From assembly GCA_021819085.1 (NCBI GenBank), contig JAKASJ010000013.1, positions 7,107 through 71,106 on the forward strand: 64,000 bases of DNA, read 5' to 3'. Positions 30,315 to 39,884 of this stretch are shown here, piece after piece. This DNA is from Pseudomonadota bacterium (GTDB lineage Bacteria > Pseudomonadota > Gammaproteobacteria > Acidiferrobacterales > UBA6901). Positions within the stretch are counted from its first letter, which is position 1. Every line of letters begins with the position of its first letter. The notes under the pieces were generated by a model. That model did no database searches, had not been told where the DNA came from, and worked only from the letters and a program-made list of their open reading frames with translations. The translations under genes and the position numbers were made by a program.

Positions 30315-31585
30315 TACACACTCCCTCTCGAGAAGTCATCGGACACCGTCTCGCGCTCCTTGCCGCACGAAGTGGCTTTCTGATCCATCATTCCCCGCGG
30401 CAGACGCAGGCCGAAGGTGCTACCGACTCCGAGTCGCGAACTCATCCAGGCACTGCCTCCGTGCGCCTCGGCGATCGCGCGCACTACGGCCAGACCCAGC
30501 CCAGTGCCCTGCGTGCGAGTTGTGAAGAAGGGTTCAAAAACGCGATCCTGCAGTGCCTGTGATATGCCTGGGCCGTTGTCGCACATCATCAGGTCAACGC
30601 AGACGTCGTTTGCACGTACGACGAATAGTATCTGTCCCCCGGAGCCACAGGCCTGCATGGCGTTGTTCGCGAGGTTCTGAAGGGCGCTCAGCAGGGTTTC
30701 ACGGCTAGCGTAAAGCATCGCACCGTCCGATTCGTCGAGGGTGGCGAGCTGACAACCATGCGCCTGCAGCCCCACTTCCAGCGCCCGCTGCAAATCAGTG
30801 ATGAGATCCACCACTAGAAACGTACTTTTCGCAAAATTGCCGTTTCGGGCGAAAAGCAACATGTCATTGATAAGTCGCTCCAGATGACGCATGCGCGATT
30901 GGATTCGTTCAGCCGCCCGCTGGCGGTCCGCCGCTTCGAGTTTCGGGCGATTGAGATGCGAGGCATAAAGCAGGGCTGACGCCAGCGGAGTGCGTATCTG
31001 GTGTGCAAGCGCCGCAACCATGCTACCCATGGCCGCCAGGCGCCGATCATGATTCAGCTGCTCCTGAAGACGGCGTGTCTCGGTCAGATCCTTGAGCAGC
31101 AGGATCTGGCCGGGCTCGGAAAGGAGCGGACTCGTGGCAATGCTCACGCGGCGACCGTCGCGCAGCGAAATTTCGTGGCCGTCGTCATCGCGCGGGGCGA
31201 ATGCCCGCTGGATCACATCACGCCACGCGCTGCCGAGCAAAGGCTCCCCGAGCAGGTCGACCGCGGCGGGATTGCAGTCCTGCACGGTTCCGTCTCCGTC
31301 CAGCACAACCACGCCACCGGGCAGCACATCGAGCAGACTTCTCAGACGGTTGGCCAGCCGATCTTTTTCAGCAAGCCCTGCGAGGCGTTCATTACGAGCG
31401 GCGGCCAACTCGCCTGTCAGCGAGTCAACGCGGTTCTCAAGCTCATGAAAGGACGCCGCCAGGTGGGTTGAGGCCGCGTCGAACAGGCGGAATGCGTCGG
31501 CCAGACAGTGGGCGGACCCCGGAACGGCCCCGTCCCCGGCATCGATGCGCGGCGCTGGCTGCGGTCTGGCAAGTTGATGGGTCAT
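30314..31585 (-). CDS. fleS: Sensor histidine kinase FleS
   Basis: PAS-like region, H-box [15 protein letters not shown] and an HATPase domain (DNGPGI...GTGLGLAV). Start placed at MTHQLA (GGAG Shine-Dalgarno). The ORF-track GTG at 31615 is only ~20 nt from the promoter. Confidence 0.85.
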   Translation of the reverse strand: MTHQLARPQPAPRIDAGDGAVPGSAHCLADAFRLFDAASTHLAASFHELENRVDSLTGELAAARNERLAGLAEKDRLANRLRSLLDVLPGGVVVLDGDGTVQDCNPAAVDLLGEPLLGSAWRDVIQRAFAPRDDDGHEISLRDGRRVSIATSPLLSEPGQILLLKDLTETRRLQEQLNHDRRLAAMGSMVAALAHQIRTPLASALLYASHLNRPKLEAADRQRAAERIQSRMRHLERLINDMLLFARNGNFAKSTFLVVDLITDLQRALEVGLQAHGCQLATLDESDGAMLYASRETLLSALQNLANNAMQACGSGGQILFVVRANDVCVDLMMCDNGPGISQALQDRVFEPFFTTRTQGTGLGLAVVRAIAEAHGGSAWMSSRLGVGSTFGLRLPRGMMDQKATSCGKERETVSDDFSRGSV

Positions 31586-31647
31586 ACAATTCCTGCTCCG
31601 GCTTCGTCTTAACACCTGGACCTAGGCGGCCCCCTGAAGCGATGTCA

Positions 31648-31662
31648 GCAAGAACTGTGCCC
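31648..31662 (-). promoter_or_regulatory. sigma54 promoter of fleSR (GGGCAC-N5-TTGCT)
   Basis: Reverse complement reads GGGCACAGTTCTTGC(T). It lies in the 94-nt fleQ-fleS gap. Confidence 0.7.
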
Positions 31663-31709
31663 GATAAATTACCCTTTTTTATCAGTATATTGAATTCTGG
31701 ATTCGGTCG

Positions 31710-33140
31710 TCACGTCAAAATCCCGTCGTCGGATTCCCGTGCAACCACTTCGTATTTGCGCAGCTTTTCCACCAGCGTCGTGCGCCCGAGCCTGAGGCGC
31801 TTCGCAGCCTGGGCCACGACGCCGTCGGCCTCGTCGAGCGCTTGCTTGATCAGGCTGTACTCGAGGTTGTTCAGGTGCTCTTTGAGATCGAGCCCCTCTG
31901 CCGGCAGGCGCATGACCGCGGCAAAGACGGCCGCACTGCTGTCAGAAGCAGGTGGCGCTGGGTTGCGAGCCGCCCCGGGGGCAAGGAATTTATCCGGCAG
32001 ATCACCGGTATCTACTGACCCGCTGGGATGCAGAATTGCCAAACGCTCCATCAAATTGGCGAGCTCGCGCACATTGCCCGGCCAGGAGTACTGGGTCAAA
32101 GCCACAACCGCAGCTGGAGTCAGGCGCACCGATCCGCGTCGCTCATGCTCGATACGCGCAATCAATTCATTGATCAGCAGCGGTATGTCCTCGACACGCT
32201 CGCGCAGCGGCGGCATTTCTATCGGAAAAACATTCAGCCGATAGAACAGGTCCTCGCGGAATTTTCCATCCTTGATCGCCTCTTCGAGATTGCGGTGGGT
32301 GGCAGCGATGATGCGCACGTTGGCGCTGATGCTCTTGTTGCTGCCGACACGTTCAAAGGTCCGCTCCTGCAGTACGCGCAGCAGCTTCACCTGCATTGGA
32401 AGGCTCATGTCGCCGATCTCGTCCAGAAACAGCGTGCCATCCTCGGCCAGCTCAAACCTGCCTTGACGTGCGCTTATGGCACCGGTGAATGCTCCCTTCT
32501 CGTGTCCAAACAATTCGCTTTCCAGCAGGTCGCCCGGAATCGCACCGCAGTTGATTGGTACAAACGCCCGGCTTCGGCGCGCTGAATTGTAGTGCAGGTT
32601 GCGCGCAACCACCTCCTTGCCGGTTCCGGACTCGCCCAGAATCAGCACATTGGCCTCGGAATTGGCCACTTGCTCGATCAGCCGGCGCACACGCATCATC
32701 GCGCGACTGTTCCCTACCAGACTGCGGAACAATTCCAGAGGCCGCTGCGTGCCGGACCGGCTGCGGGATTCGCGATAGATCTCGGCCTGGTGAAGGGCGA
32801 AAGCAAGTTGCTGGTAGCGGATCGGCATATCAATGTTGCCTAATACACCCGCGGCGACTTGCGGATTCACTGGCACATTTCTGGCCTTGTCCGTCACCAG
32901 CAACACCGGGAGATCCTGATCCCATTCCCTGAGTTCCTGGATTAGATCCAACCGGACCTCTTCGGACTCGCACCCGCCGATGATCGCCGCCAGCGCTGAT
33001 TGATGCCGGCCAGCAGCCTCGCGCCAGCAGGTCCAGTCGTCAACTGCAACTGCCTGGTGGTCGATGAACTCAATCAGGGTGGCGAGATAGCTTCGGCGCT
33101 CTGCATCGGAGTCGATAACCAACACGGCCGGTCCACCCAT
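31710..33140 (-). CDS. fleQ: Flagellar master regulator FleQ (sigma54 enhancer-binding protein)
   Basis: Non-phosphorylatable FleQ-type N-domain, AAA+ domain ([14 protein letters not shown]) and an HTH ([16 protein letters not shown]). The residues reported to bind c-di-GMP are present (LFRS, KEVVARN, EDLFYR). Confidence 0.9.
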   Translation of the reverse strand: MGGPAVLVIDSDAERRSYLATLIEFIDHQAVAVDDWTCWREAAGRHQSALAAIIGGCESEEVRLDLIQELREWDQDLPVLLVTDKARNVPVNPQVAAGVLGNIDMPIRYQQLAFALHQAEIYRESRSRSGTQRPLELFRSLVGNSRAMMRVRRLIEQVANSEANVLILGESGTGKEVVARNLHYNSARRSRAFVPINCGAIPGDLLESELFGHEKGAFTGAISARQGRFELAEDGTLFLDEIGDMSLPMQVKLLRVLQERTFERVGSNKSISANVRIIAATHRNLEEAIKDGKFREDLFYRLNVFPIEMPPLRERVEDIPLLINELIARIEHERRGSVRLTPAAVVALTQYSWPGNVRELANLMERLAILHPSGSVDTGDLPDKFLAPGAARNPAPPASDSSAAVFAAVMRLPAEGLDLKEHLNNLEYSLIKQALDEADGVVAQAAKRLRLGRTTLVEKLRKYEVVARESDDGILT

Positions 33141-33205
33141 TTCTTATTCCCCATTATGCATGATAGGCAAAAGACGCAGGTTTTTTCCTGGATATGCGCG
33201 GGTCA

Positions 33206-33222
33206 CTGTCATTAATTGACAG
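33206..33222. promoter_or_regulatory. Palindrome CTGTCATTAATTGACAG, a FleQ-box-like operator in the fleQ leader
   Basis: 6-bp perfect arms with a 5-nt spacer, 66-82 nt upstream of the fleQ ATG. The core GTCATTAATTGAC is one base shorter than the reported P. aeruginosa FleQ consensus GTCaNTAAATTGAC. Confidence 0.45.
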
Positions 33223-33292
33223 CACGGCAATCCATCCCCACGCGCCACGACCCAATTCAAACCGCGACCGCCAACAACCTGGCTCTCTTCAA

Positions 33293-33308
33293 AGCAACGT
33301 CTGTGCCA
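33293..33308 (-). promoter_or_regulatory. Consensus sigma54 promoter upstream of fleQ (TGGCAC-N5-TTGCT)
   Basis: Reverse complement reads TGGCACAGACGTTGCT, ~153 nt upstream of the fleQ ATG. Confidence 0.65.
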
Positions 33309-33337
33309 CACCTGCAGGCAGCGCCAAAAAATTGCCA

Positions 33338-33364
33338 CTATCGGCAGGTTTTTGCAGTTAAATC
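33338..33364 (-). promoter_or_regulatory. Weak sigma28-like element (GATTTAAC-N11-GCCGATAG) upstream of fleQ
   Basis: The -10 element GCCGATAG is good. The -35 element (TTTAAC) is poor compared with TAAAGTTT. Confidence 0.2.
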
Positions 33365-33523
33365 AACATGATCATTTTTAATATGACACTATTCTTCCAG
33401 CTAAGTGCAACAAGCCGGCTCACATGGCCCAGGGATCATCGTGCATAACCGTACACCGGCGGCACACACCTGACACGGTGCGTCAGATCCGGTATCGCAA
33501 CGCTACCTAGATCGCGTCGTAAA

Positions 33524-34135
33524 TCAACGTGCCTCGTCGCGGCCTGCTCCGCGACGGGTTTGGGCCACAGTACGCCGATGGTGGACGAATATTATTTTTT
33601 CCAACAGTTCGGCAACCACTTCACCCGGATCGTCGATATCCATGACGGCACGGAAACCCTCCGGGGAAGGCTGCACGCTGCGTACCCTGCCAGAGAGCGT
33701 CAGTGGCCGCGGCACGCGCAAGCACAGGTAGAGAGCCACATCGACACGGCCGCCTGCAGCAGGCGCGCGGACATCGTGCCACTCCAGATCACGCGCTCGC
33801 AGACGCACCGTCAGCGGTGGTGGTGGTGGCTCATGATGGGCCAACACACGTCCAACCAGGTCGAGAACGAGATCGAGCTTAGAATCGAGTCGACGCAACT
33901 CCTGAGCTACGGCAGGATGGTCGTCTGCCAGTTCCTGCGGACGCTCCTCGAGGACTGAAAGGATGCGCAGAAGCTCCTCGTTGGCAGCCTGCTCCGCACG
34001 CCGCTGCAGTCCATCGAGCGGATTCGCGTCGCGCCAGCTGAGCGGCAACATGCCTTCGTAGGCGATACCCGCCCCGAGCACGTTCTGCTCTGACGTCGGT
34101 ATGGAGTTGGTCATCGTGACGGCTTCCGATGGCAC
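33524..34135 (-). CDS. Atypical PilZ-domain-like protein (putative c-di-GMP receptor) adjacent to fleQ
   Basis: 203 aa. The helical N-half is followed by a beta-rich C-half ending ...LLEKIIFVHHRRTVAQTRR, which I recognise from non-canonical PilZ (PilZNR-like) proteins. No canonical RxxxR/DxSxxG motifs. The assignment is tentative. Confidence 0.4.
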   Translation of the reverse strand: MPSEAVTMTNSIPTSEQNVLGAGIAYEGMLPLSWRDANPLDGLQRRAEQAANEELLRILSVLEERPQELADDHPAVAQELRRLDSKLDLVLDLVGRVLAHHEPPPPPLTVRLRARDLEWHDVRAPAAGGRVDVALYLCLRVPRPLTLSGRVRSVQPSPEGFRAVMDIDDPGEVVAELLEKIIFVHHRRTVAQTRRGAGRDEAR

Positions 34136-34202
34136 CGGGAACTTCAGGTTACCGGATCACAGCGTCTTCCGCCAGACTGACGGCCTGCCGTCCCGGCCCT
34201 GG

Positions 34203-34535
34203 CTATGGGCAACCGTCGTAGGCCAGCTTTGCAAGTTGGCGGGTCTTTAGCTCGTTGAACTTGCCGGCGATACGATCCCGCTCGGTTACCCCGAGCTCGG
34301 TCAGGCACGCATTGAGTTCCAACAGTCTCTTGATGCCGGCAGCCATATAGGGAGATTCCTGGACGCTCGGTCTGACAGCGAATAACTCGTGCAGCAGACG
34401 CTGGCGACTGGACTGGAGCCGCTGGACCTCCGCCCAGTCCTGCAATTGCGCCTGTTCCAGCATGGCCATGGTCGTGGTGAGGATTGCGTCAAATTTCGCC
34501 TGGCGCGCTGCTTCGGATGCGGGTCGGCTGCTCAT
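34203..34535 (-). CDS. fliT: FliT-like flagellar chaperone
   Basis: 110-aa helical protein immediately after fliS (4-nt gap/overlap): ...MLEQAQLQDWAEVQRLQSSRQRLLHELF...RQLAKLAY. Start placed at MSSRP. Confidence 0.55.
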   Translation of the reverse strand: MSSRPASEAARQAKFDAILTTTMAMLEQAQLQDWAEVQRLQSSRQRLLHELFAVRPSVQESPYMAAGIKRLLELNACLTELGVTERDRIAGKFNELKTRQLAKLAYDGCP

Positions 34536-34537
34536 CA

Positions 34538-34954
34538 CTACCGTGCACCGTATGAAAGCTTTACGTTCTCGGGGATGGCATCCCACGCTGTTTTGATCTC
34601 GGTGAGCAGACTCGCGACCTCGCTAAGCGCTTCGGGATCATTCTTGGCGTTGGCCAACAGCAGACGCCGCTCCATGTAGTCATAAAGAAGATCTAGATTG
34701 CGCGCGATGTCGCCGCCAGCCTCCTTGTTGAGACTGGAACGCAATCCACCTATAAGCATAAGCGCCCCCCTGATGCGGCTACCCTTGTCCGCCACTTCCC
34801 CGCGCAGCATGTGGCCCTTGGCCACAGCAAGCCGATCCAGCGCATTGTCCAGTAACATCTGGATCAGACGGTGCGGGTTGGCATATAAGACCTCGGCTAT
34901 GTCTCCGGATTCGCCATACTGGCGCATAACGTTATAAGGATTTGCTCGATTCAT
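34538..34954 (-). CDS. fliS: Flagellin chaperone FliS
   Basis: YANPHRLIQMLLDNALDRLAVAKGHM...DIARNLDLLYDYMERRLLLAN is the FliS four-helix signature. Confidence 0.9.
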   Translation of the reverse strand: MNRANPYNVMRQYGESGDIAEVLYANPHRLIQMLLDNALDRLAVAKGHMLRGEVADKGSRIRGALMLIGGLRSSLNKEAGGDIARNLDLLYDYMERRLLLANAKNDPEALSEVASLLTEIKTAWDAIPENVKLSYGAR

Positions 34955-35014
34955 ACGGTATTCCCGATTTAACTGGGTTTTGCAGCTCTGGTTTCCATCC
35001 TGGCTTTGCGTCCG

Positions 35015-37183
35015 CTAACCACCAAGCTTCGTACTGCTCGGTCCAGACTGACCGCCCGAATTGGACCACGGCAACGCCGCCAGCTCGTTGGTAAGGAGGG
35101 AGCCCGTCGAATTGAGCTGGCCGACCAAGCTGTCCATGGCGTTGAATTCTTGGTAATACATTGCCTGTTCGTTGGCTATCTGCTGGTTCAGCTGACTGAT
35201 CTGATTGTTGATACCAGTGATAGTATTGTTGATGCCCGCAGTGCGGGCGGCAATGGGGCCAGTGCTGCCGAGCATCTGCGTCGCGAGATTGCTGAGCTGG
35301 TAGGCATAGCCTTGGGAATAGCCCACGGTACCCCTTGCGCCGGTCGATCCTCCGTTGACCTGCAGCTGCAGGCCATCCACCGGCGTACCGCTGGCGCCGG
35401 TCAGATTCTGTCCCGACCCGCTCGCGGCATATCCGTCAATCGTACCCGCCACATCGACCCCGGCAGTTCCCGAAGCAACGCCAAGACCGAGCGTGCTGCC
35501 TGTATTTGTGCCAGCGGAAGTGATGCTCACGTTCGATGCCGAACCATACTGGTTGGACGTGATCACGAACTGCGATCCGGTGCTGTTGTAGGAAACCGAC
35601 ACCGCCGCGCCAGCCGCCTTGAGCGCACTGTCGCCATTGATCTCCGACTGGATTTCGGACACCAGGCTCGCCACCGTGGTGTACGTGCCCTGGTTGAGGG
35701 TGATGGTGCCACTCTGCACCCCGTTTACCGTGATGCCGAAGGTGTTGTTGTTTGAGTTCAAAACGACTGGCGAGTTAAAAGTACCCCCGGTGCTGGCCAA
35801 CGCAGAGCTGGAGGTTCCCGTGAGACTGCCCTGCGTCGCCAGCTGCGTGACATTGACCGCGTAACTGCCGGGCCGAGTATTGGCCCCGCTGCCCACATAA
35901 CTGATCTGGCCGTCGCTTGGAACACCCTGTGCGGCGAACAGGCCTGCTACCCCGCTGAAGTTGCTGGTTAGAGCCGATTGCAACTGAGACGTATTCAGCT
36001 GAAGGGTCCCGTCCGACTGCACCGTCACCCCGATCTGAGACAGATTGCTGAAGCCGCTTCCGAGACCGGACAGACCCTGATCCAGGGTATCCTGGATCTG
36101 CGTCAGGACTGACATCGTCGAGGCATCGCCCTGCAGCGGCCCCGCAGTCTTGGTAGCCGCATCATAGGCCGTCATGGCACTTACGGAATTGAACAGGGTG
36201 TTGTAGGCGTTTACGAAGTTGGTGACTGCCGTCGTGGCAGCCGTCGTGTCCTGAGACACCGTCAACGTAGTAGGCGACCCGGCCGTATTGGTCGCCAGCA
36301 GGTTGAGGGTGACGCCCTGGATTGCACTGGAGACCGTATTGGTCGAATTCGTGATGTTGACGCCATCAACGGACAGGGCGGCATTCTGGGCGGCAACGGT
36401 CTGAGTCAGGTTCTGGCCGCTGCCCGAGACCGCGGTCGGATCATAGGCAAGCTGCGACAGCCCGGTCATATTGGTGTTGGTTCCGTCGCCGTCGTTCACC
36501 GTGACCCGCAGGCTGTTGGCAGCGCCGCTCGTCTTCGAGGTCAGCACCAGCCGGTTGCCGGTACCGTCGTTGAGAATCGACGCACTCACACCGACATTGG
36601 CGGCATTGATCGCCGAGGCGATGCCACTCAGAGTGTCGTTCGAGCTGTTGATGACTACCGAACCGGACGGCTGCGAATTGTTGAGCGTGAAAGTGTTGCT
36701 GCCGCTGTCGTAGGTGCCGAACTGGAATGTCAGGGTACCGGTCCCGACGGTGTCCGAGGTATTGGCGAAATCGCTCGACACCAGTGACTGCGCCTGCGCC
36801 AGCTGGTTCACCTGGACGGAATAATTGCCCGCAACCGCGTTGCCCGCCACGGTGGCGCTGAAGTGCGATGTATCCGATGTTGCAGAAGTCATCGTCTGAA
36901 AATTCGAAATTCCACTCAAGCCCTGCATTGACGCCTGGAAAATCGAAAGGGAGCTTTGGAGCTGTCCATAGGCTGACAGTTGCGCCTGGTAGCCCGCCTC
37001 CTGAGTCTGAAGGGTCTGGACCGGAATGCTGTCCGCGGCAACCAGTGCGCTCACCAGACTGTTGACGTTGATACCGGAACCGAGCCCGGTGGACGTGAGT
37101 ATCGCCGCACCCGTACCGCTCAATGAGGGGGCAGTGCTTCCTCCCGAAGAAGACGTTGTTCCCGTAGGCAGAACTGTGGACAT
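35015..37183 (-). CDS. fliD: Flagellar filament cap FliD (unusually long, 722 aa)
   Basis: N-terminal FliD_N (GLGSGINVNSLVSALVAADSIPVQTLQ) and C-terminal FliD_C (AMYYQEFNAMDSLVGQLNSTGSLL). The enlarged middle carries flagellin-IN-like modules. Confidence 0.9.
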   Translation of the reverse strand: MSTVLPTGTTSSSGGSTAPSLSGTGAAILTSTGLGSGINVNSLVSALVAADSIPVQTLQTQEAGYQAQLSAYGQLQSSLSIFQASMQGLSGISNFQTMTSATSDTSHFSATVAGNAVAGNYSVQVNQLAQAQSLVSSDFANTSDTVGTGTLTFQFGTYDSGSNTFTLNNSQPSGSVVINSSNDTLSGIASAINAANVGVSASILNDGTGNRLVLTSKTSGAANSLRVTVNDGDGTNTNMTGLSQLAYDPTAVSGSGQNLTQTVAAQNAALSVDGVNITNSTNTVSSAIQGVTLNLLATNTAGSPTTLTVSQDTTAATTAVTNFVNAYNTLFNSVSAMTAYDAATKTAGPLQGDASTMSVLTQIQDTLDQGLSGLGSGFSNLSQIGVTVQSDGTLQLNTSQLQSALTSNFSGVAGLFAAQGVPSDGQISYVGSGANTRPGSYAVNVTQLATQGSLTGTSSSALASTGGTFNSPVVLNSNNNTFGITVNGVQSGTITLNQGTYTTVASLVSEIQSEINGDSALKAAGAAVSVSYNSTGSQFVITSNQYGSASNVSITSAGTNTGSTLGLGVASGTAGVDVAGTIDGYAASGSGQNLTGASGTPVDGLQLQVNGGSTGARGTVGYSQGYAYQLSNLATQMLGSTGPIAARTAGINNTITGINNQISQLNQQIANEQAMYYQEFNAMDSLVGQLNSTGSLLTNELAALPWSNSGGQSGPSSTKLGG

Positions 37184-37264
37184 GGTATGGTAACCTCGCT
37201 CGGCAACTACCCGGGTATCGCGGGTGCGCCAGTTTTTGTAGCCAAATGCAAGAAAGGGACCAAC

Positions 37265-37621
37265 TTACGCTTTAGTCCGCACGATCAGCCCCTGAACTCC
37301 GTCGAGAGCATGCGCGATGGCCATGACTTCCTCTGAAGGAATCTGGCGAATGACTCGGTGAGTCTGGGAATCCACGACCGTGACGACAACCCGGTGGGTC
37401 TGGCGGTCCACCCGGAACTCGAGTTCGCGCTGCATATTCTGTACGTACCCGTTCAGATGACCGACAGCCTGCGCCAGATCGCCAGTACTGGGCTGGATCC
37501 GCGGCAAAGCTGGCGGAGGCATCTGGCCGCTGCCCGGCAATTCTTGCCGCGGCTGGGGCTCGGTTGCCGCGTTCGGCAGCGCTGCGGCATTCGGCGGCTG
37601 ACTGACGGGATCTATGGGCAT
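37265..37621 (-). CDS. flaG: FlaG family protein
   Basis: 118 aa. C-terminal LEFRVDRQTHRVVVTVVDSQTHRVIRQIPSEEVMAIA is typical of FlaG. Located between fliC and fliD. Confidence 0.8.
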   Translation of the reverse strand: MPIDPVSQPPNAAALPNAATEPQPRQELPGSGQMPPPALPRIQPSTGDLAQAVGHLNGYVQNMQRELEFRVDRQTHRVVVTVVDSQTHRVIRQIPSEEVMAIAHALDGVQGLIVRTKA

Positions 37622-37650
37622 GGTCTCGCTCCTTCAGGGACTACAGCCGT

Positions 37651-37680
37651 CAGCCCGGAGCACTGATGTGCTCCGGGCTG
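37651..37680 (-). terminator. Perfect 13-bp stem / 4-nt loop hairpin downstream of fliC
   Basis: CAGCCCGGAGCAC-TGAT-GTGCTCCGGGCTG, 60 nt after the fliC stop. No U-tract follows on either strand. Confidence 0.5.
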
Positions 37681-37739
37681 AGGCCTCACTACTTGCAGCG
37701 ACGTCCCCGTCTTTAAAGTCTCCTAACGGCTACTCTGCC

Positions 37740-39884
37740 TTATTTCAACAGAGCCAGAATCGTTTGCGGCTGCGCGTTGGCCTGGGCCAGCATCGCAATA
37801 CCCGCCTGCTGCAGCACTTCGGCACGAGTCAGATTGGCCGTCTCGGCCGCGAAGTTTGCATCCTGAACGTTGCTGCGCGCTGCCGTCTGATTGTCCACCG
37901 CCGTCTGAAGATTGGCGGAAATCAGCTGGAAGCGGTTCTGAATGGCACCGAAAGTCGCCTGGAGATTGTCGACCGACTGCAACGCCGAATCCACACGCTT
38001 GATCGTGTCATTGGCGGCCGCCACTGTCGACACATTGACGCTGCTCAGCGTCGTAGCATCCTGGGCAATGGTGTAGTCGGTCGCCGTTCCCGACGACCCG
38101 CCAAAACCGAGGTCATTGGCCTGGCCGGTGATCACGATGTTGTTGGTGGCGCTCAGGGACAGCGTTCCGGTCACGTCACCACCGACCGAGGTGGCACCAC
38201 CCGTATCCACCGCCGTTTTGGTCCATCCACTGGCACCAGCGGTCGTCGCATATGTAGCACCGGTGGTAATGTTGTAGATCTCCCCGCTGGCATAGGTGCC
38301 GGTAGCCGAAGAGGAGCCAAAGGCCGCGGTGATGGCTTGCGCATTCGCCGAAGTCAGCACGATATTTCCGCTGGAATCAACGCTTGCGACAACGTTCACG
38401 CCACTCGTGAGATTGATCGCGGTTGCGAGCTCGGAAGCCGTGATCTGGCCAGCCGAGTCGGCAGCGACAGTGATGTTCGTGCCGTTAATGGTTCCCACCG
38501 AGTATGAATCAGTTGCAGTGAGCCCGGAAACCGTAGAGAACGGCGATGACTGCACGATCGGACTCCAGGTGGGGTCGCCGCCGCTGGCCCCGCTCGGTAC
38601 GCCTTCCGCCGCCGTGATCGCAGCCCCGCTCTTTGACGAGAGCGTGAGGTTGCCGGAGGCCGAGTTGTAGCTTGCTGTGACGCCGGCTGCTGCCAGCGTG
38701 GCATTGGTATTGATCGCCGACGCAACCTGAGATCCCGTGACCGAACCGCCCGTAGGAGCAACAGCGATATTGGTGCCATTGACAGTCACGTAAAAGTCGT
38801 TCGTTCCAAGACCGGTGACCGTGGTGAATGCCGATGCCCAGTTGTTGCTGGCGGTTGTGCCGCCCGCCAGGCTCGCCAGATTCGCAGCACCACCGGTAGC
38901 ACCGCCGCCCAGGGTCTGGCTGGCGATAATGTCACGTCCATCCGCCGCGGTGAGCGTCATCTGACCGTTGGCGGAGTTGAACGTTGCGGTGACGCCTGTC
39001 GAGTTCGAGTAGGTGTTGATCTGGTTCGCGACGTCGCTCCCGGTGAGCGGGCCGTTGCCATACAGATCGTAGTTCGAGTAGATGGTTTGACCGTTGATGG
39101 TCAGGTTATAGGTATTACCTGCATTGCCTGAGGTCGTCGTGAAAGCCGTCGTCTCGCTGGTGCTGGCGGTCGCGGTCAGCCCCTCGACACCCGAGTTGTT
39201 GATCGCTGTGGCCTTGGCAAATGCGCTGTAAGACGTCTCGCCGGCGGCTGCGCCTGCCGGTCCGGCGACCGACGCGGCAATCGTCATTGCAGGATTGCTG
39301 CCGATCTGTATCGTCTCGGTCCCACTCAGCGCTGTCGTCGACACTGCCGTGCCGGTGGCGTCGGCGATCTGGCCGATCTGGTCGGTCCGTACACCGGTGC
39401 TCAGGTTGACATTGATGGTCTGGCCGGCATTGGCACCCACCTGGAACTGGGCATTGCCGAAGCTGCCGTCGAGAAGATTCTGGCCGTTGAACGAGGTCTG
39501 GGTCGCAATCTGGTTGATTTCCGCGATTTGCTGCTGCACTTCCTGGTTGAGTGCCGCGCGATCGGTCGGGGAATTGGAGGCGTTCGCCGATTCCACGGCA
39601 AGCTGGCGGACAGTCTGCAGGGCATTCGTGATCTGGGTCAGGGCGCCGTCGGCCGTCTGGGACAGCGATGTGGCGTTGTTGACGTTCTGGACCGCCTGGT
39701 TCAGACCGTTGACCTGCGTGGTCAACAGATTGGCAATTGCGAGGCCGGCCGGGTCGTCGGCAGCGCTGTTGATACGCAGGCCCGAGGACAGGCGCTGCAT
39801 TGCCGTCGCCAGCGCGCCCTGGGTATTAGCGAGATTGGTCTGGGCATTGAGCGACAGCATGTTGGTATTGATGACTAAGGGCAT
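37740..39884 (-). CDS. fliC: Flagellin FliC (giant, 714 aa)
   Basis: Conserved D0/D1 ends (MPLVINTNMLSLNAQ...RLSSGLRINSAADDPAG; ...IQNRFQLISANL...AEVLQQAGIAMLAQANAQPQTILALLK). The ~400-aa central region contains three ~100-aa periodic modules. Confidence 0.95.
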   Translation of the reverse strand: MPLVINTNMLSLNAQTNLANTQGALATAMQRLSSGLRINSAADDPAGLAIANLLTTQVNGLNQAVQNVNNATSLSQTADGALTQITNALQTVRQLAVESANASNSPTDRAALNQEVQQQIAEINQIATQTSFNGQNLLDGSFGNAQFQVGANAGQTINVNLSTGVRTDQIGQIADATGTAVSTTALSGTETIQIGSNPAMTIAASVAGPAGAAAGETSYSAFAKATAINNSGVEGLTATASTSETTAFTTTSGNAGNTYNLTINGQTIYSNYDLYGNGPLTGSDVANQINTYSNSTGVTATFNSANGQMTLTAADGRDIIASQTLGGGATGGAANLASLAGGTTASNNWASAFTTVTGLGTNDFYVTVNGTNIAVAPTGGSVTGSQVASAINTNATLAAAGVTASYNSASGNLTLSSKSGAAITAAEGVPSGASGGDPTWSPIVQSSPFSTVSGLTATDSYSVGTINGTNITVAADSAGQITASELATAINLTSGVNVVASVDSSGNIVLTSANAQAITAAFGSSSATGTYASGEIYNITTGATYATTAGASGWTKTAVDTGGATSVGGDVTGTLSLSATNNIVITGQANDLGFGGSSGTATDYTIAQDATTLSSVNVSTVAAANDTIKRVDSALQSVDNLQATFGAIQNRFQLISANLQTAVDNQTAARSNVQDANFAAETANLTRAEVLQQAGIAMLAQANAQPQTILALLK

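Noticed and set aside
38322-39113. Periodic DNA repeats inside fliC as a possible CRISPR or tandem-repeat locus.
   Set aside because: The periodicity is ~300 nt, the copies are divergent, and the repeats lie in-frame within an intact flagellin ORF. They are protein-domain duplications, not a repeat-spacer array.
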